64,000 nt of DNA from Auanema rhodensis (GCA_964057225.1 OZ059899.1:17422001-17486000), one strand, 5' to 3'; numbered from the stretch's first letter, positions 1 to 10,055 are shown. A program made the numbers and translations. The notes: generated by a model not told the origin, from the sequence alone.

Positions 1-2
1 CT

Positions 3-464
3 AAGCTAGTGGAGGAAATGCTCGCAGACGCCACATTTCAGTTTAACAAAACATTGCAGCGCATAGAGTTTGTAACAAGCAAGCGACTATTAATGAATGC
101 AACGCTTGGTGATGATTTTGCATATTTTCTTGGTTTTGAAAATAAAAACATCAACGATACAATAATAGCCAGGCGTCCCATTGATTTTTCAAATAACATT
201 AATACAATGTATATATATTGTGATATTGTAGAATATTCCATTCTTGGTAATGTGAAAGCTAATTTACTTGCATGTTTGCCTGTACCACCTCCTACTGAAT
301 TTGGTAAAATGATTGCCAAAACATTTAATCCTATTCGTTATGTACCAATCACTAGACAAACACTCGATACCATACGTATTGAAATTTTAGATGAATTTGG
401 TCGTCCTATGCAATTTAATTATGGTTCTACAGTTGTTACATTGCATGTTAAAAATATGAAATAA
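3..464 (+). CDS. Polinton minor capsid (penton-like, PX) protein, C-terminal part, 5'-truncated by the window
   Basis: Frame is open from base 3. Motifs MYIYCDIVEYSILG..ANLL, P.RYVP, TIRIEILDEFGRP..F..G..VVTLH resemble Polinton minor capsid C-termini as I recall them. Confidence 0.82.
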   Translation, partial: KLVEEMLADATFQFNKTLQRIEFVTSKRLLMNATLGDDFAYFLGFENKNINDTIIARRPIDFSNNINTMYIYCDIVEYSILGNVKANLLACLPVPPPTEFGKMIAKTFNPIRYVPITRQTLDTIRIEILDEFGRPMQFNYGSTVVTLHVKNMK

Positions 465-473
465 ACGTTTTAT

Positions 474-935
474 TCAACAGTTATACAATACCACATTTTT
501 TATTTTCGAAGGTTTAAAAGATAGTTTAGGGCAGTTTTGTTTGTCGCTCGGCTCGTGTTGTGAATGTTCTCCGTCACTATTGCTGCGGCATCTTTTTGAT
601 TGGGTTGAATGTACAAACTCCTCAGCTTTTTCAAAGGGTTTGCTGGTATCATTTCCATCACCATCTTCACCATTCGTTCCATTATTATTATGAATACGCC
701 GAATATGACGCTCACAATTGAATCTTGTTCCAAAAGTTTCACTACAATGAGGGCACAAACGTCTACGAACACCATCCAAATGTCCATATTTTTGAATAAA
801 GTCAGCATTGCTGATATAATTGTTACATATGGGTTGAATCCCTGCATGTCTTTTCAAAACGTGATCACTAAAATGCTTGGTTGAAGAAAATATTTCCTTG
901 CATGTACCACAATATTTGTTACATAAAAGTTCCAT
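474..935 (-). CDS. Small protein with two C2H2 zinc fingers
   Basis: CGTC-x12-H-x4-H and CPHC-x12-H-x4-H; first ATG at 935; low-complexity acidic/Asn-rich tail; AATAAA overlaps the stop. Confidence 0.8.
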   Translation of the reverse strand: MELLCNKYCGTCKEIFSSTKHFSDHVLKRHAGIQPICNNYISNADFIQKYGHLDGVRRRLCPHCSETFGTRFNCERHIRRIHNNNGTNGEDGDGNDTSKPFEKAEEFVHSTQSKRCRSNSDGEHSQHEPSDKQNCPKLSFKPSKIKNVVLYNC

Positions 936-1188
936 TAGAGGAAAATGAAAAACGACCACACGCAATCAACCCACTTTTATATAATGAGCAATAATATGAC
1001 TAGTGTTGTACAAAAGCCCAATCCCAATGCTATACCTTTAATAAATGGCACTGAAATACATTTCAACATTCTCCTGTATAAAGGCGCTGGTTTAGATTGC
1101 TCCAACGTGTATTTGACACATAATTCACAGTGACAAGGAATATTCATAACTGACCACGTAATGTAGCAGGTTATTAATGACAAATTTC

Positions 1189-1644
1189 TTATATAGTAGC
1201 CAATTTATAGTCGAATACTTTATGCATAAACGCTTTAATAAAGACATCATCATTTTTCAATAGTTTAAAAAATGAACAAATGCTTTCAAATGAATTACCA
1301 GCCGACAACATTAGTATTACAAATACCACATAGCCACCACAAGTGTATTCAATTAAACGTTGTGGTTTGCAAGTATTAATTTTTACCTTTTTATATTTGG
1401 CCAGATAATTTTGAATGTACTTGTTCATTTTATATCCCAAGCTACAGAAAAAATAGGCTTGCTTGTTACGGACAAAGATGACCTGCCAATGTGTGCCTGG
1501 CTTATCATGTGTGTCAGTATTTACGACAAGTGCAAAGTTTTTACGACGCGTTTTGGGTAGAGTATCAGCGCTATATACACCGAGGAATAGTTTCCTAGTG
1601 CTGGGTACAGATTGCAATAGTGATACTATTTCAGACGAATACAT
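1189..1644 (-). CDS. Adenain/Ulp1-like (clan CE) cysteine maturation protease
   Basis: FLGVYSAD, VVNTD..PGTHW (His), PQ (oxyanion Gln), TCGGY (Cys). ATG at 1644 preferred over the track start at 1731 because it avoids overlap with the divergent gene. Confidence 0.88.
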   Translation of the reverse strand: MYSSEIVSLLQSVPSTRKLFLGVYSADTLPKTRRKNFALVVNTDTHDKPGTHWQVIFVRNKQAYFFCSLGYKMNKYIQNYLAKYKKVKINTCKPQRLIEYTCGGYVVFVILMLSAGNSFESICSFFKLLKNDDVFIKAFMHKVFDYKLATI

Positions 1645-1695
1645 TTTAGTAGAATGATCTAGTGTAACTTTTGTATTGCGCGCGTGCGGTTCGAT

Positions 1696-2148
1696 ATGCC
1701 GCACCTCCTTTTGGATGTCAACTCTATTCAATGGACAACACTTTTAAATCAACAAATGGGTGGCGCCCCATTTAGCGGAATGATGTTTCAACGTGGAATG
1801 CAGAGGGGTCATGGTTTGGGTGGTATTTTGGCAACTTTGGCATCATTTCTACCACGCATCATTCAATCACCTATAGCCCAAAATCTCATCAATGCCGGAA
1901 GAAACGCCTTATCCAGTGCTGTAAGCAATAGTCCAGTTGTAAATTCACCTCTTGGCGGACAGTTGCTGAAAACTGGTAATGAAATTGTCGATGGGGTGCT
2001 GAAAGGCGATAATATCAAGGAAACTCTTAAAACAGCCGGCCGACAAGCTATACGAGATCTTACCGGCTTGGGCAAACGGCGACGACGCAAAACCACAAAA
2101 CCTCATAAGCGGTTGTGCATCACTCGTGAGCGGTCGTTTCACATTTAA
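1696..2148 (+). CDS. Polinton virion core/membrane-active protein (adenovirus pVI/pVII-like)
   Basis: First ATG at 1696. Gly motifs QMGG, QRGHGLGG and LTGLG; amphipathic segment LGGILATLASFLPRII; basic tail KRRRRKTTKPHKR; directly upstream of the major capsid gene. Confidence 0.7.
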   Translation: MPHLLLDVNSIQWTTLLNQQMGGAPFSGMMFQRGMQRGHGLGGILATLASFLPRIIQSPIAQNLINAGRNALSSAVSNSPVVNSPLGGQLLKTGNEIVDGVLKGDNIKETLKTAGRQAIRDLTGLGKRRRRKTTKPHKRLCITRERSFHI

Positions 2149-3483
2149 ATGGCTAAATTGATAGATTCAAAATCAGCACAAGCCCTTTTACCTAATATCA
2201 ACTATGGTGATATACCTGCGTCGGCATTAGGTGTTGAATCCACTCGCACTGTACAAGTCCCTTTGAAAAATACTTTTCTTCCTCAAGGACCATGGGAATT
2301 TGTTATAGCTCAAAATTCCAAATCATTCCTCAATCTGAGAAGATGTTGGTTGAATGTAAAATTTAAAATTGTAACCACAAACGGTGATCCAGTACCAGAC
2401 AACCTTGTTTTTGCACCATGTCAACAATTTGCTGCCAGTTTAATACATTCGTATCATTTGAAAATTGGCGATGTTAGCGTGTATGACTCTACCGTGAATC
2501 ATGCCTATAAAACATATATCGAGAATATTTTAATGTATAGCAACGATGTTAAAGAGAGCAAACTTGCCATATCAGGCTATTATGCTGATAGATATATAGA
2601 TAATGCATCCAGTGCTGGATTTAGAACGCGTCAAGCGCTTGTAAAAAATGGCATATTGTGTGAGATGGCTGCTCCCGTCAGTATCGACCTATTTAATCAA
2701 GAGCGACTGTTTGTAAACTATTCAAAAATGGAGCTAACTGCATATCCAAACCGTGATAACTTTTTAATTGACACTCTAGGCTGGAATAATGAAAACAAGG
2801 ATACTACATTAAAGGAGGAGTTTCCAAATTTGAAAGTAGATATCAGCGATGTACATTTGCTCATTCAAGAGTTTGATCTAAACGCTGGATTAGCTATGGC
2901 TATAGAAGATAAACTCGCAAAGGATCGAATACACTACCCCATGACATCAGTGAAAATGCGCTCTTATTTCATAGAAGGAGGCCGCTTGGATTCACCTAAT
3001 AATATATTATTCACGTCTCATACACCAAAACGTGTCGTAGTAGGTCTTGTTGGCGCACACGCTTATAATGGTACTTTTAAACATTCGCCATTCAACTTTA
3101 AACCGTTTGATTTGAAAAATATATACTTGACGCTCAACAATAGGGTAATACCTACCCGTCCTTATAATTTAGAATGGCGATCTTCCTATGCCACAGCATA
3201 TATTGACATGCTGGAAGGTTTGGGACTTGGTCGTACAGATTCATCCAATGGTATTACACCAGCAATGTATAAAGCTGGTTTCACATTTTTTGTATTTGAT
3301 ATTTCTCCTACTGTGCATTCGTCAGAGTTATTTGATGTTATACGACAAGGTAATGTAGCCTTGAAATTGGAATTTGGTCAACAAACGCCGCAAGAGGGCT
3401 TATATGCAATTGTTTATGCAGAGTATGACTCTATTCTTTCAATTGACAACAATCGTGCTCCATATATTGATACCAGTTTGTAA
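2149..3483 (+). CDS. Polinton major capsid protein (double jelly-roll, PY/hexon-like)
   Basis: Intact intronless 444-aa ORF. Motifs GPWEF, HAYKTYIENIL.YS, DLFNQERL, PKRVVVGLV...AYNG...SPFNFKPF, GFTFFVFD.SP, IVYAEYD..L.ID..R. Confidence 0.9.
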   Translation: MAKLIDSKSAQALLPNINYGDIPASALGVESTRTVQVPLKNTFLPQGPWEFVIAQNSKSFLNLRRCWLNVKFKIVTTNGDPVPDNLVFAPCQQFAASLIHSYHLKIGDVSVYDSTVNHAYKTYIENILMYSNDVKESKLAISGYYADRYIDNASSAGFRTRQALVKNGILCEMAAPVSIDLFNQERLFVNYSKMELTAYPNRDNFLIDTLGWNNENKDTTLKEEFPNLKVDISDVHLLIQEFDLNAGLAMAIEDKLAKDRIHYPMTSVKMRSYFIEGGRLDSPNNILFTSHTPKRVVVGLVGAHAYNGTFKHSPFNFKPFDLKNIYLTLNNRVIPTRPYNLEWRSSYATAYIDMLEGLGLGRTDSSNGITPAMYKAGFTFFVFDISPTVHSSELFDVIRQGNVALKLEFGQQTPQEGLYAIVYAEYDSILSIDNNRAPYIDTSL

Positions 3484-3621
3484 TGTATGTAATAAAATTC
3501 TTTAAAAGATTTAAGAATAAAATTTATTAATACAACTATTTTTAAAAATAAATACATGTACAATGATAAAATTTTATAAATACAAATATATACAAGATAA
3601 AAATTTATAAATTCAAATATA

Positions 3622-6600
3622 TTAAACACAATAACCGTAGGGTAAAGTACTATAATCTTGAAGATAACAAAGTTTATCCATTACGACTCTAGTACTTTTT
3701 GTCATATCCATTGTGGATATGGCACCGAGTTGCCTCTTTAACAATGTCGTATTGGTTTTTAAAACCAATTTTTCTCCATCCATAACGAGTCCGCAAACCA
3801 GTCGCTCCATACTTTCAAAGTTTACCACTGACGCTGCCGTGTGGTCCAAAGTCTGAAAATTATAAAATTATTTGAAAAGTCAAAGCTCGTACTTACCACT
3901 CCCTTTGCCTTTGTTACATATTTTACATCACCAGCTGCATTTACAAGTTTATAACTATAAACTTTTGCCGCTGGTGACACAAACTTGGTCATTGACCAAC
4001 CATCGGGTATTTCAGAGGTTAGTTTACCTAACCATTCACCCTTCATATCCTCAATTGGATCTGGCTCATCTAGGCATCTTTGATAAATTAGAAAATCCGT
4101 GTCTAAATAATGTAAGTTTAAATTGAATACAAAGTATAAAATTACCTGTATACACCAAATTCTTTCCAATTTTCTCCATTGCCTTATACAATAGTAGCCT
4201 TGCATGAGCGGTTGTATAGGCCGCAATAGCTACATTTGTAAAAGGCGGTGGTGCCAAATGCGAATCCTCTGGTACTGTTGTGCAGTACGCAACATTATCC
4301 ACAATTTTGAACCCAGTGAGTTCCCTTGCAGGATCAGTAATGATCCTACCAATTTCTGGGTCCTCAACACCAATAATCTTGGTTTGGGCTTTATCTGGTC
4401 TTTGACCCATTTTACCCCAGACACTATAAGCAAATTTGTAATGTATTGTTTTTAAAAAGTTTACAAACCTATTTAGCTGCAGTTTGGCAATGCTACGCAT
4501 GGCAGCATTCTTTTCAATTTTATTGCTCTCCAGAGCAACACCAGTGTTCTCCTCGTGCTCTTGGAGATATATCACCTGTAAAATTCTATTTAATGTGATA
4601 CTTTTGTTAAAACATACCTTTTCTTCCTCTGTCATGTTTGGCTTTGGCCAGCCCGACGCCTCTTGTTTAATTTTTATGTACTTTTGTACAAATTCTTTAA
4701 ACAGGCCGCCTTGTTGCCATTCTTCCCAGTGCCACACCTCATGCACATTAAGCACTTTATAGCCACGTTGTATGGCACACTCGAGCTCAACATGTGTCAC
4801 AGTTAGATGCAGCTTTCTAGCATTTACATCATTCTGGTGCTCACATGTTACATTTTTACTTTTGACTGCACAAGTGCGGCAGTTTGTAAAAATTAATTTA
4901 CCGCCAATACGTGTGCCTAATACAGGGTACAGCAAATTTGTGGGTGCAAGCACGTCACATTTTACTAGCCCCTTGTATGGGCAACATGTCTCAAAGCTTT
5001 TGAAACCCTCAGTAATAACTTTGGGATTACCTACAGGGTAATAGGCATCAAAGGCTGTGACATATGGATATAGTGAACAAAAGTCCACATACTCGAGCGA
5101 GTATCTATCCGAAGCTTGTGCCAAAAGCTTATATGTCTGGGTGCGGCCACCGGTAAAGGCATCTCTAGGTGCCAAGCGTGTAACAACATTTGTTTCACGC
5201 ATAAATTTCGCCATTTCTTCATTGGCCGAAATTTGTGCATTAATTTCGTGCTCCCACACTGTGGTAACACTAATGCCTTGGCTTTGAATTTTTTGAAGCC
5301 TTTTCATGGTTTTATCATAAACCTAAATTTTAAAAATTAAAATGATTAAAAAAAAAGTCACAATTACCTCTTCCATTGTTTCACCATTTCTGCCTGGTGC
5401 TATAGCGCTCTTGTTGGTGCACTGGGGGCAACCATGATAGATACAGCCATTAATCTACAAAAATTTGCATTTTTTACATTTATTACAAATTACTCACCTC
5501 ATAGCCATGATTGGCAACGGGGTCATAAGCATCGAGTAGATAGCGATGGCCATCTACTCTCACTGCAAATTCGCCACCATTAAGCTTATGCATTAATGGG
5601 CGGCCCAATCCTTGTTCTAGCCATTTTATATACTTTATGGCTATTATACTCTGCTTTTGACCGGCATAATAACCAGTCTCGGGCAGAATACCCACTTGGT
5701 TCTCTTTAATATGGTTCATTTTCAACTGTAATATACTAGTTTTGAAAATGCTTGTATTTGAAAAAACTTGCCTGGAATAAAGAGAAACTGGCAAATGTCA
5801 TACATTGTATGACAGGGTTCCAGCCAGTGGTGGCGGTTGCCAACTTCATGTAAACTTTCATACAGTTGGTTAAAATACGGACATCTGTCCTACAATATTC
5901 CAAAAGCTCTTCATCAAAATCAAACGCTCTTTGATTACGCTCTTCATACCAAATATCGAATGAAGCTAGGTCTTCTGCTTTCATTCTAACAGTACAATAG
6001 TACTGTTTTGGTGGTAAAGATGGCAACACTTTGCCATAATTTATTGGGTGATTATAGAGGTAAGGAAACTGTCCTTTACTCATATCAGGTACACCAAATG
6101 CCTTGGGTAACGCTGATAGGGGTAAAGGCACTAATAAATAACTATCTTTAAAATATAAATGATTAAATTTTTGACCTCTTAAAGGCTTGACAACCATGCT
6201 TATAATCTTGGTCCTATTTAAAATTGGATCAGGATATATACCACGGTTTATCAGCCTAGACACCAAGAAATGTATGTCAAAGCGTGAACCATTATGCGCA
6301 ATCAAAATTGCATTATCATTCTCAACAGAGTTGAGTAACCAATCAAGGAAACGATCTGTTACAGACCATTCACTATCACCTTGTTGATACCCAAAATGGC
6401 CCTCCTTGGTTGTGCATTTTTCACATGAGTTGGCATCTATACAACTTTCACAAAATTTGTTATACACAACCATATTGGGCCATTGTTCATCTGCATATTC
6501 ATGAACATTTGTACCGCTTTTTAACACAACCGTTTCAAAGTCATAGAAAATAATCTTAAACAAGTAAGCATTACACTTGTAAAGATGTAAAATACAAACC

Positions 6601-8829
6601 TTGTATTTCTCTTGCCTCTTTTTTAACTGATCCTTCTTCTTGTCGTTAGGTGGTACCCAACAACAAGAATGATCTTCAGGCTTTGTTTGCCCACACTTTT
6701 TGCAAAATTTCTCATTGCAATTGTGCGGTCTATCAGCACGTACTCTGTGATAATGATCACAGTTTTCACATGTCTGAATTTAGTCATGTTAAATTTTATA
6801 TATATTTTTTAAATTACCTTAAACATTCGACATGTTTTTCTAATATGCCTGTCAAAGCATTGACGAGTTTTGAACAAAACTCTACAACTATCACATCTTA
6901 TGCTACTCTCAACCACATTTTCCATCGAATTACATTTTAAGGTGTGGCATTTCTTACACTTGGCTTTACATCTATGCAACACTGTTTTGTAAGATAATTT
7001 ACAGTGTTGGCATATAATACCATCAAAAATCTGTGATCTACTACAAGTTGTAATACAGTCATAATGATTATTTCGGTAGCCTAGTGTTACCACTTTGCTA
7101 GCCGTTTCATTAAAGATACGCTGAATAGCGTACATACGCTGTCCAGGTGGCCTTGCGTATACTACAAACTTATAGTCTGTATTACAACTTGCAATAATAT
7201 TTAAATGATTTAAATTATAATTTGGTAAATGTACAGAAATACCACACCTATTTAATAAATTGATATGATGTGGTTGATTTGGCAACAAGATGTAGTTGCG
7301 ACGAAGATTTTGTATCCTCCGCTTTTCAACAACATCTTCTGCTGCCTCTTCATCGGCTTTCCACATTCCCACAACTGCTGCTCTAGCCAGGCAATGAGTG
7401 TCAGTGTTCTCAATTGTGCCAGGTATTTTGAGTTCGGCATCAAAATAGAAACCAACTCTACCTTCACCAGGCATCAGGCTTGGCTGCACTGGTCTCTCAT
7501 CAAACACATACATTTCAATATTCATTGCCTGGCTAATTACAGCCTCTCGCTTTGATTGCTGCACCTTGCTGATGGCATTCATGATGGCAACGCCATCCAA
7601 ATGCTCCCTTCTACGGAAATCCATAAATATGGATCCCTTTTCAAAGGATGGGTGCTCTATTGATAAACAAAATAGCGCTTTTTGTTTATCTGGCACACCA
7701 CTTTCAGCAAGGCACCGATCAAGAAACTCATTAAATAGCCGCGGCATGACAACATGCATTGGCTCATCAATGGCTTCCAAATGTGGGAACGTGAGCGATC
7801 TAACGACCACGTTGGTGAACCGACCAGTTCGTTTTATGCGTCGGTGTGACCACTATAATACATATTTTTTATAATGGTTATACGCTTTTAATTTAAATAT
7901 AAATAATTTTTGTTTATAACTTTTAATAAATTTACTTTTCTTTAAATTATTTTTATATTCTTTTATTAAAAATAAATGGCATTTGATTTTTAAATATAAA
8001 GTTTTTTCTTTTATAAACATTTGTTAATGTTAAAAAATAAATGAAAAGGTCAAGATTGTGTTTTATTATTTTACTAGTTCAAAATGTTTGAAATATTTAT
8101 AATTTGTAAGAATTCAAAATTGGTTGAAAGAAAGATAGATGAGGAAAGATAGATAGATAGTGAGATGAAATGTAAAGATTTTAAAATGAATGCTGTTCAA
8201 AAGAATGAATATGTAAATTTCAAAATACTTGCAATTTGTTTGATAAAAGATATAGATTGAGATGAAATGTAAAGATGAGAGAGAGAGAATTTTATGAATG
8301 CAATTGAAAAAGAGAAATAAATTTCAAAATGTTTTCAAAATATGCAACTGGAGAAAGAGAAAATTTCATGTTTCAAAAGATATATTATGAAATGATATGT
8401 AAATAAAAGATCGCACCTCTATTTTACAGACATTGTTAAAAGCCGCTCCATATCCGACTTGCCCTCCACTGGTTGATGGGGTAGCGGGATCCCATTCTCT
8501 TAAAAAGAAAAAACTAATTGTTATAATTTTTAATATCGCTTACTCATCACTGTCATCCAAGGTTATTACTTCAATAACCCTTGATGATGAGGGCCCACTG
8601 TTAAAAGTGGGTGATGTGGGCTCACAGAGCTCGATCCCACCAGCCTCGGTAAACTTTATACGTTTACTAAAAAACAAAATATATATAAAGATTCAAAGTA
8701 TTGTTAAATTACCTGAGCTGATTAATCTCTTCATAATCAAATCCTAGCTCTTCACATAAACGTTTATAACTGAAAAAAGAAAAAGTTTACAAACAAATAA
8801 TCAAAAAGACACAACCTATTAGCAGCCAT
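3622..8829 (-). CDS. Protein-primed family B DNA polymerase (pPolB), spliced, 14 exons, 1369 aa
   Basis: Exons (minus strand): 8829-8816, 8769-8713, 8666-8544, 8498-8417, 7852-6818, 6773-6600, 6554-5772, 5725-5498, 5454-5368, 5322-4618, 4575-4469, 4423-4146, 4102-3897, 3852-3622. They total 4110 nt in one stop-free frame. Motifs: ExoI YDFET, ExoII HNGSRFD, ExoIII YCRTD, PolA DFCSLYP, PolB KLQLNSVWGK and PolC YTDTD (both created by splicing), KAKG, LPYGY. The first four exons are less certain. Confidence 0.9.
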
Positions 8830-9225
8830 TGTACCTTGATATAATGAATATATCAGTCTACACATTGCTGTTGGCATTGTAATTTGTTATGTAACATGGA
8901 TTTGGGTACAGCTGTCAAAACTAGCAGTTGCGATAAACTTTAAAATAAATAAGCTTATTGAATACATCTGTTTTTATTGTCCCCATCGGATTAATTTTTG
9001 TTATTAGTTCTTATTAAATTAACTTTATGCGTTTCATTGAGGTCAGCGCAACTGTTTGTTAATCTTATTGTATTTACCTTCAATGTGTGCTCTATAGAGT
9101 TATTGTATTGTTATATTAGTAAAATAAAGTTTAAAACTAATCTTTTATTATAATTTGAAACCTTTACTTGTTAGAATAAATATAATTAATAACGATTTGT
9201 AATTTCAAAAATTAATAATTTAATG

Positions 9226-9434
9226 TCGTTCTTATCGAATTAACTTTCGATATGTGTTCCATTAAATTTTGGTATTTTATATCGTTCTTATCGAATTAAC
9301 CTTCGATATGTGTTCCATTAAATTTTGTATTTCATATCGTTCTTATCGAATTAACCTTCGATATGTGTTCCATTGAATTTTGTATTTCATATCGTTCTTA
9401 TCGAATTAACCTTCGATATGTGTTCCATTGAATT
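9226..9434. repeat. About 4 tandem copies of a 55-56-bp unit, each holding the palindrome TATCGAA-n6-TTCGATA
   Basis: Units start at 9226, 9282, 9337 and 9392. Confidence 0.92.
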
Positions 9435-9479
9435 ACCCATAACAAGTACGGTGAACAAAACGATATACATACAAAAATT

Positions 9480-9880
9480 TTACTGTTCTTTAAAATAAAA
9501 ACAATACAAACACAATACAATAAAAAATAAACAAATCAAGTAAACAAACATTATTAATAAATTTAATAAATAAATAAAATTTAAAAAACAAATTTACATA
9601 TTTAAATATTTAAATATTTAAATATACTTTATATATAAAATTTAAAGTTTAAATAAAATTTATATATATAAAATTTAAATATAATTTAAATATTTAAAGT
9701 TTAAATATAATTTATATATATAAAATTTAAATATAATTTAAATATTTAAAATTAAGATTTTTATTTTTACTTAATATATTTAAAAATAATTAAAAATATA
9801 TACATACATTTAAAAGCATATTTAAATTTGATTTAAAAAAAAAAAATCATGCTTTAAATCATGATTTTTAAATTTAAAAA
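9480..9880. repeat. Extremely AT-rich low-complexity subterminal tract
   Basis: Almost no G/C; reiterated ATTTAAAT and ATATAAAATTTAAATATAATTTAAATATTT. Confidence 0.8.
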
Positions 9881-9917
9881 AGGAGAATCCATGAACCATG
9901 ATCCCAAAATATGATTT

Positions 9918-10055
9918 TAACAGCTGACGCTCAAAAATATGTTTTTGACAGCTGACGCTCCCCAAAAGTATGTTTTTAGCAGCTGACGCCCCCAAAAGTA
10001 TGTTTTTGACAGCTGTTTGGGGGCGTGGTTAGTAAATTTTGCACGGCTCTCTACT
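9918..10055. repeat. Outer end of the Maverick terminal inverted repeat: ~30-bp CAGCTG-containing repeats, GC box and terminal CTCTCTACT
   Basis: Four CAGCTG cores in CAGCTGACGC(T/C)..CAAAA.TATGTTTTT units, then GGGGCGTGG and the terminus. The partner TIR is not in the window, so the inner TIR boundary is unknown. Confidence 0.7.

Larger units (their letters stand above)
1..10055. mobile_element. Maverick/Polinton (adintovirus-like) element, right portion; the left part (integrase, ATPase expected) lies outside the window
   Basis: Cluster of pPolB, major and minor capsid-like ORFs and an adenain-like protease. Ends at ...GCACGGCTCTCTACT (10055; reverse complement AGTAGAGAG, an AG-rich Polinton-type terminus), after which satellite sequence starts mid-monomer. 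Confidence 0.93.

Noticed and set aside
3622-7810. pPolB as a fragmented pseudogene or several separate genes
   Set aside because: All breaks are explained by phase-compatible introns with consensus splice sites.
38-8747. Short antisense/overlapping ORFs in the Maverick (e.g. 38-319, 609-884, 977-1183, 4484-4762, 7566-7874, 8433-8747)
   Set aside because: Most are shadows of real coding exons on the opposite strand; none shows a recognisable motif.
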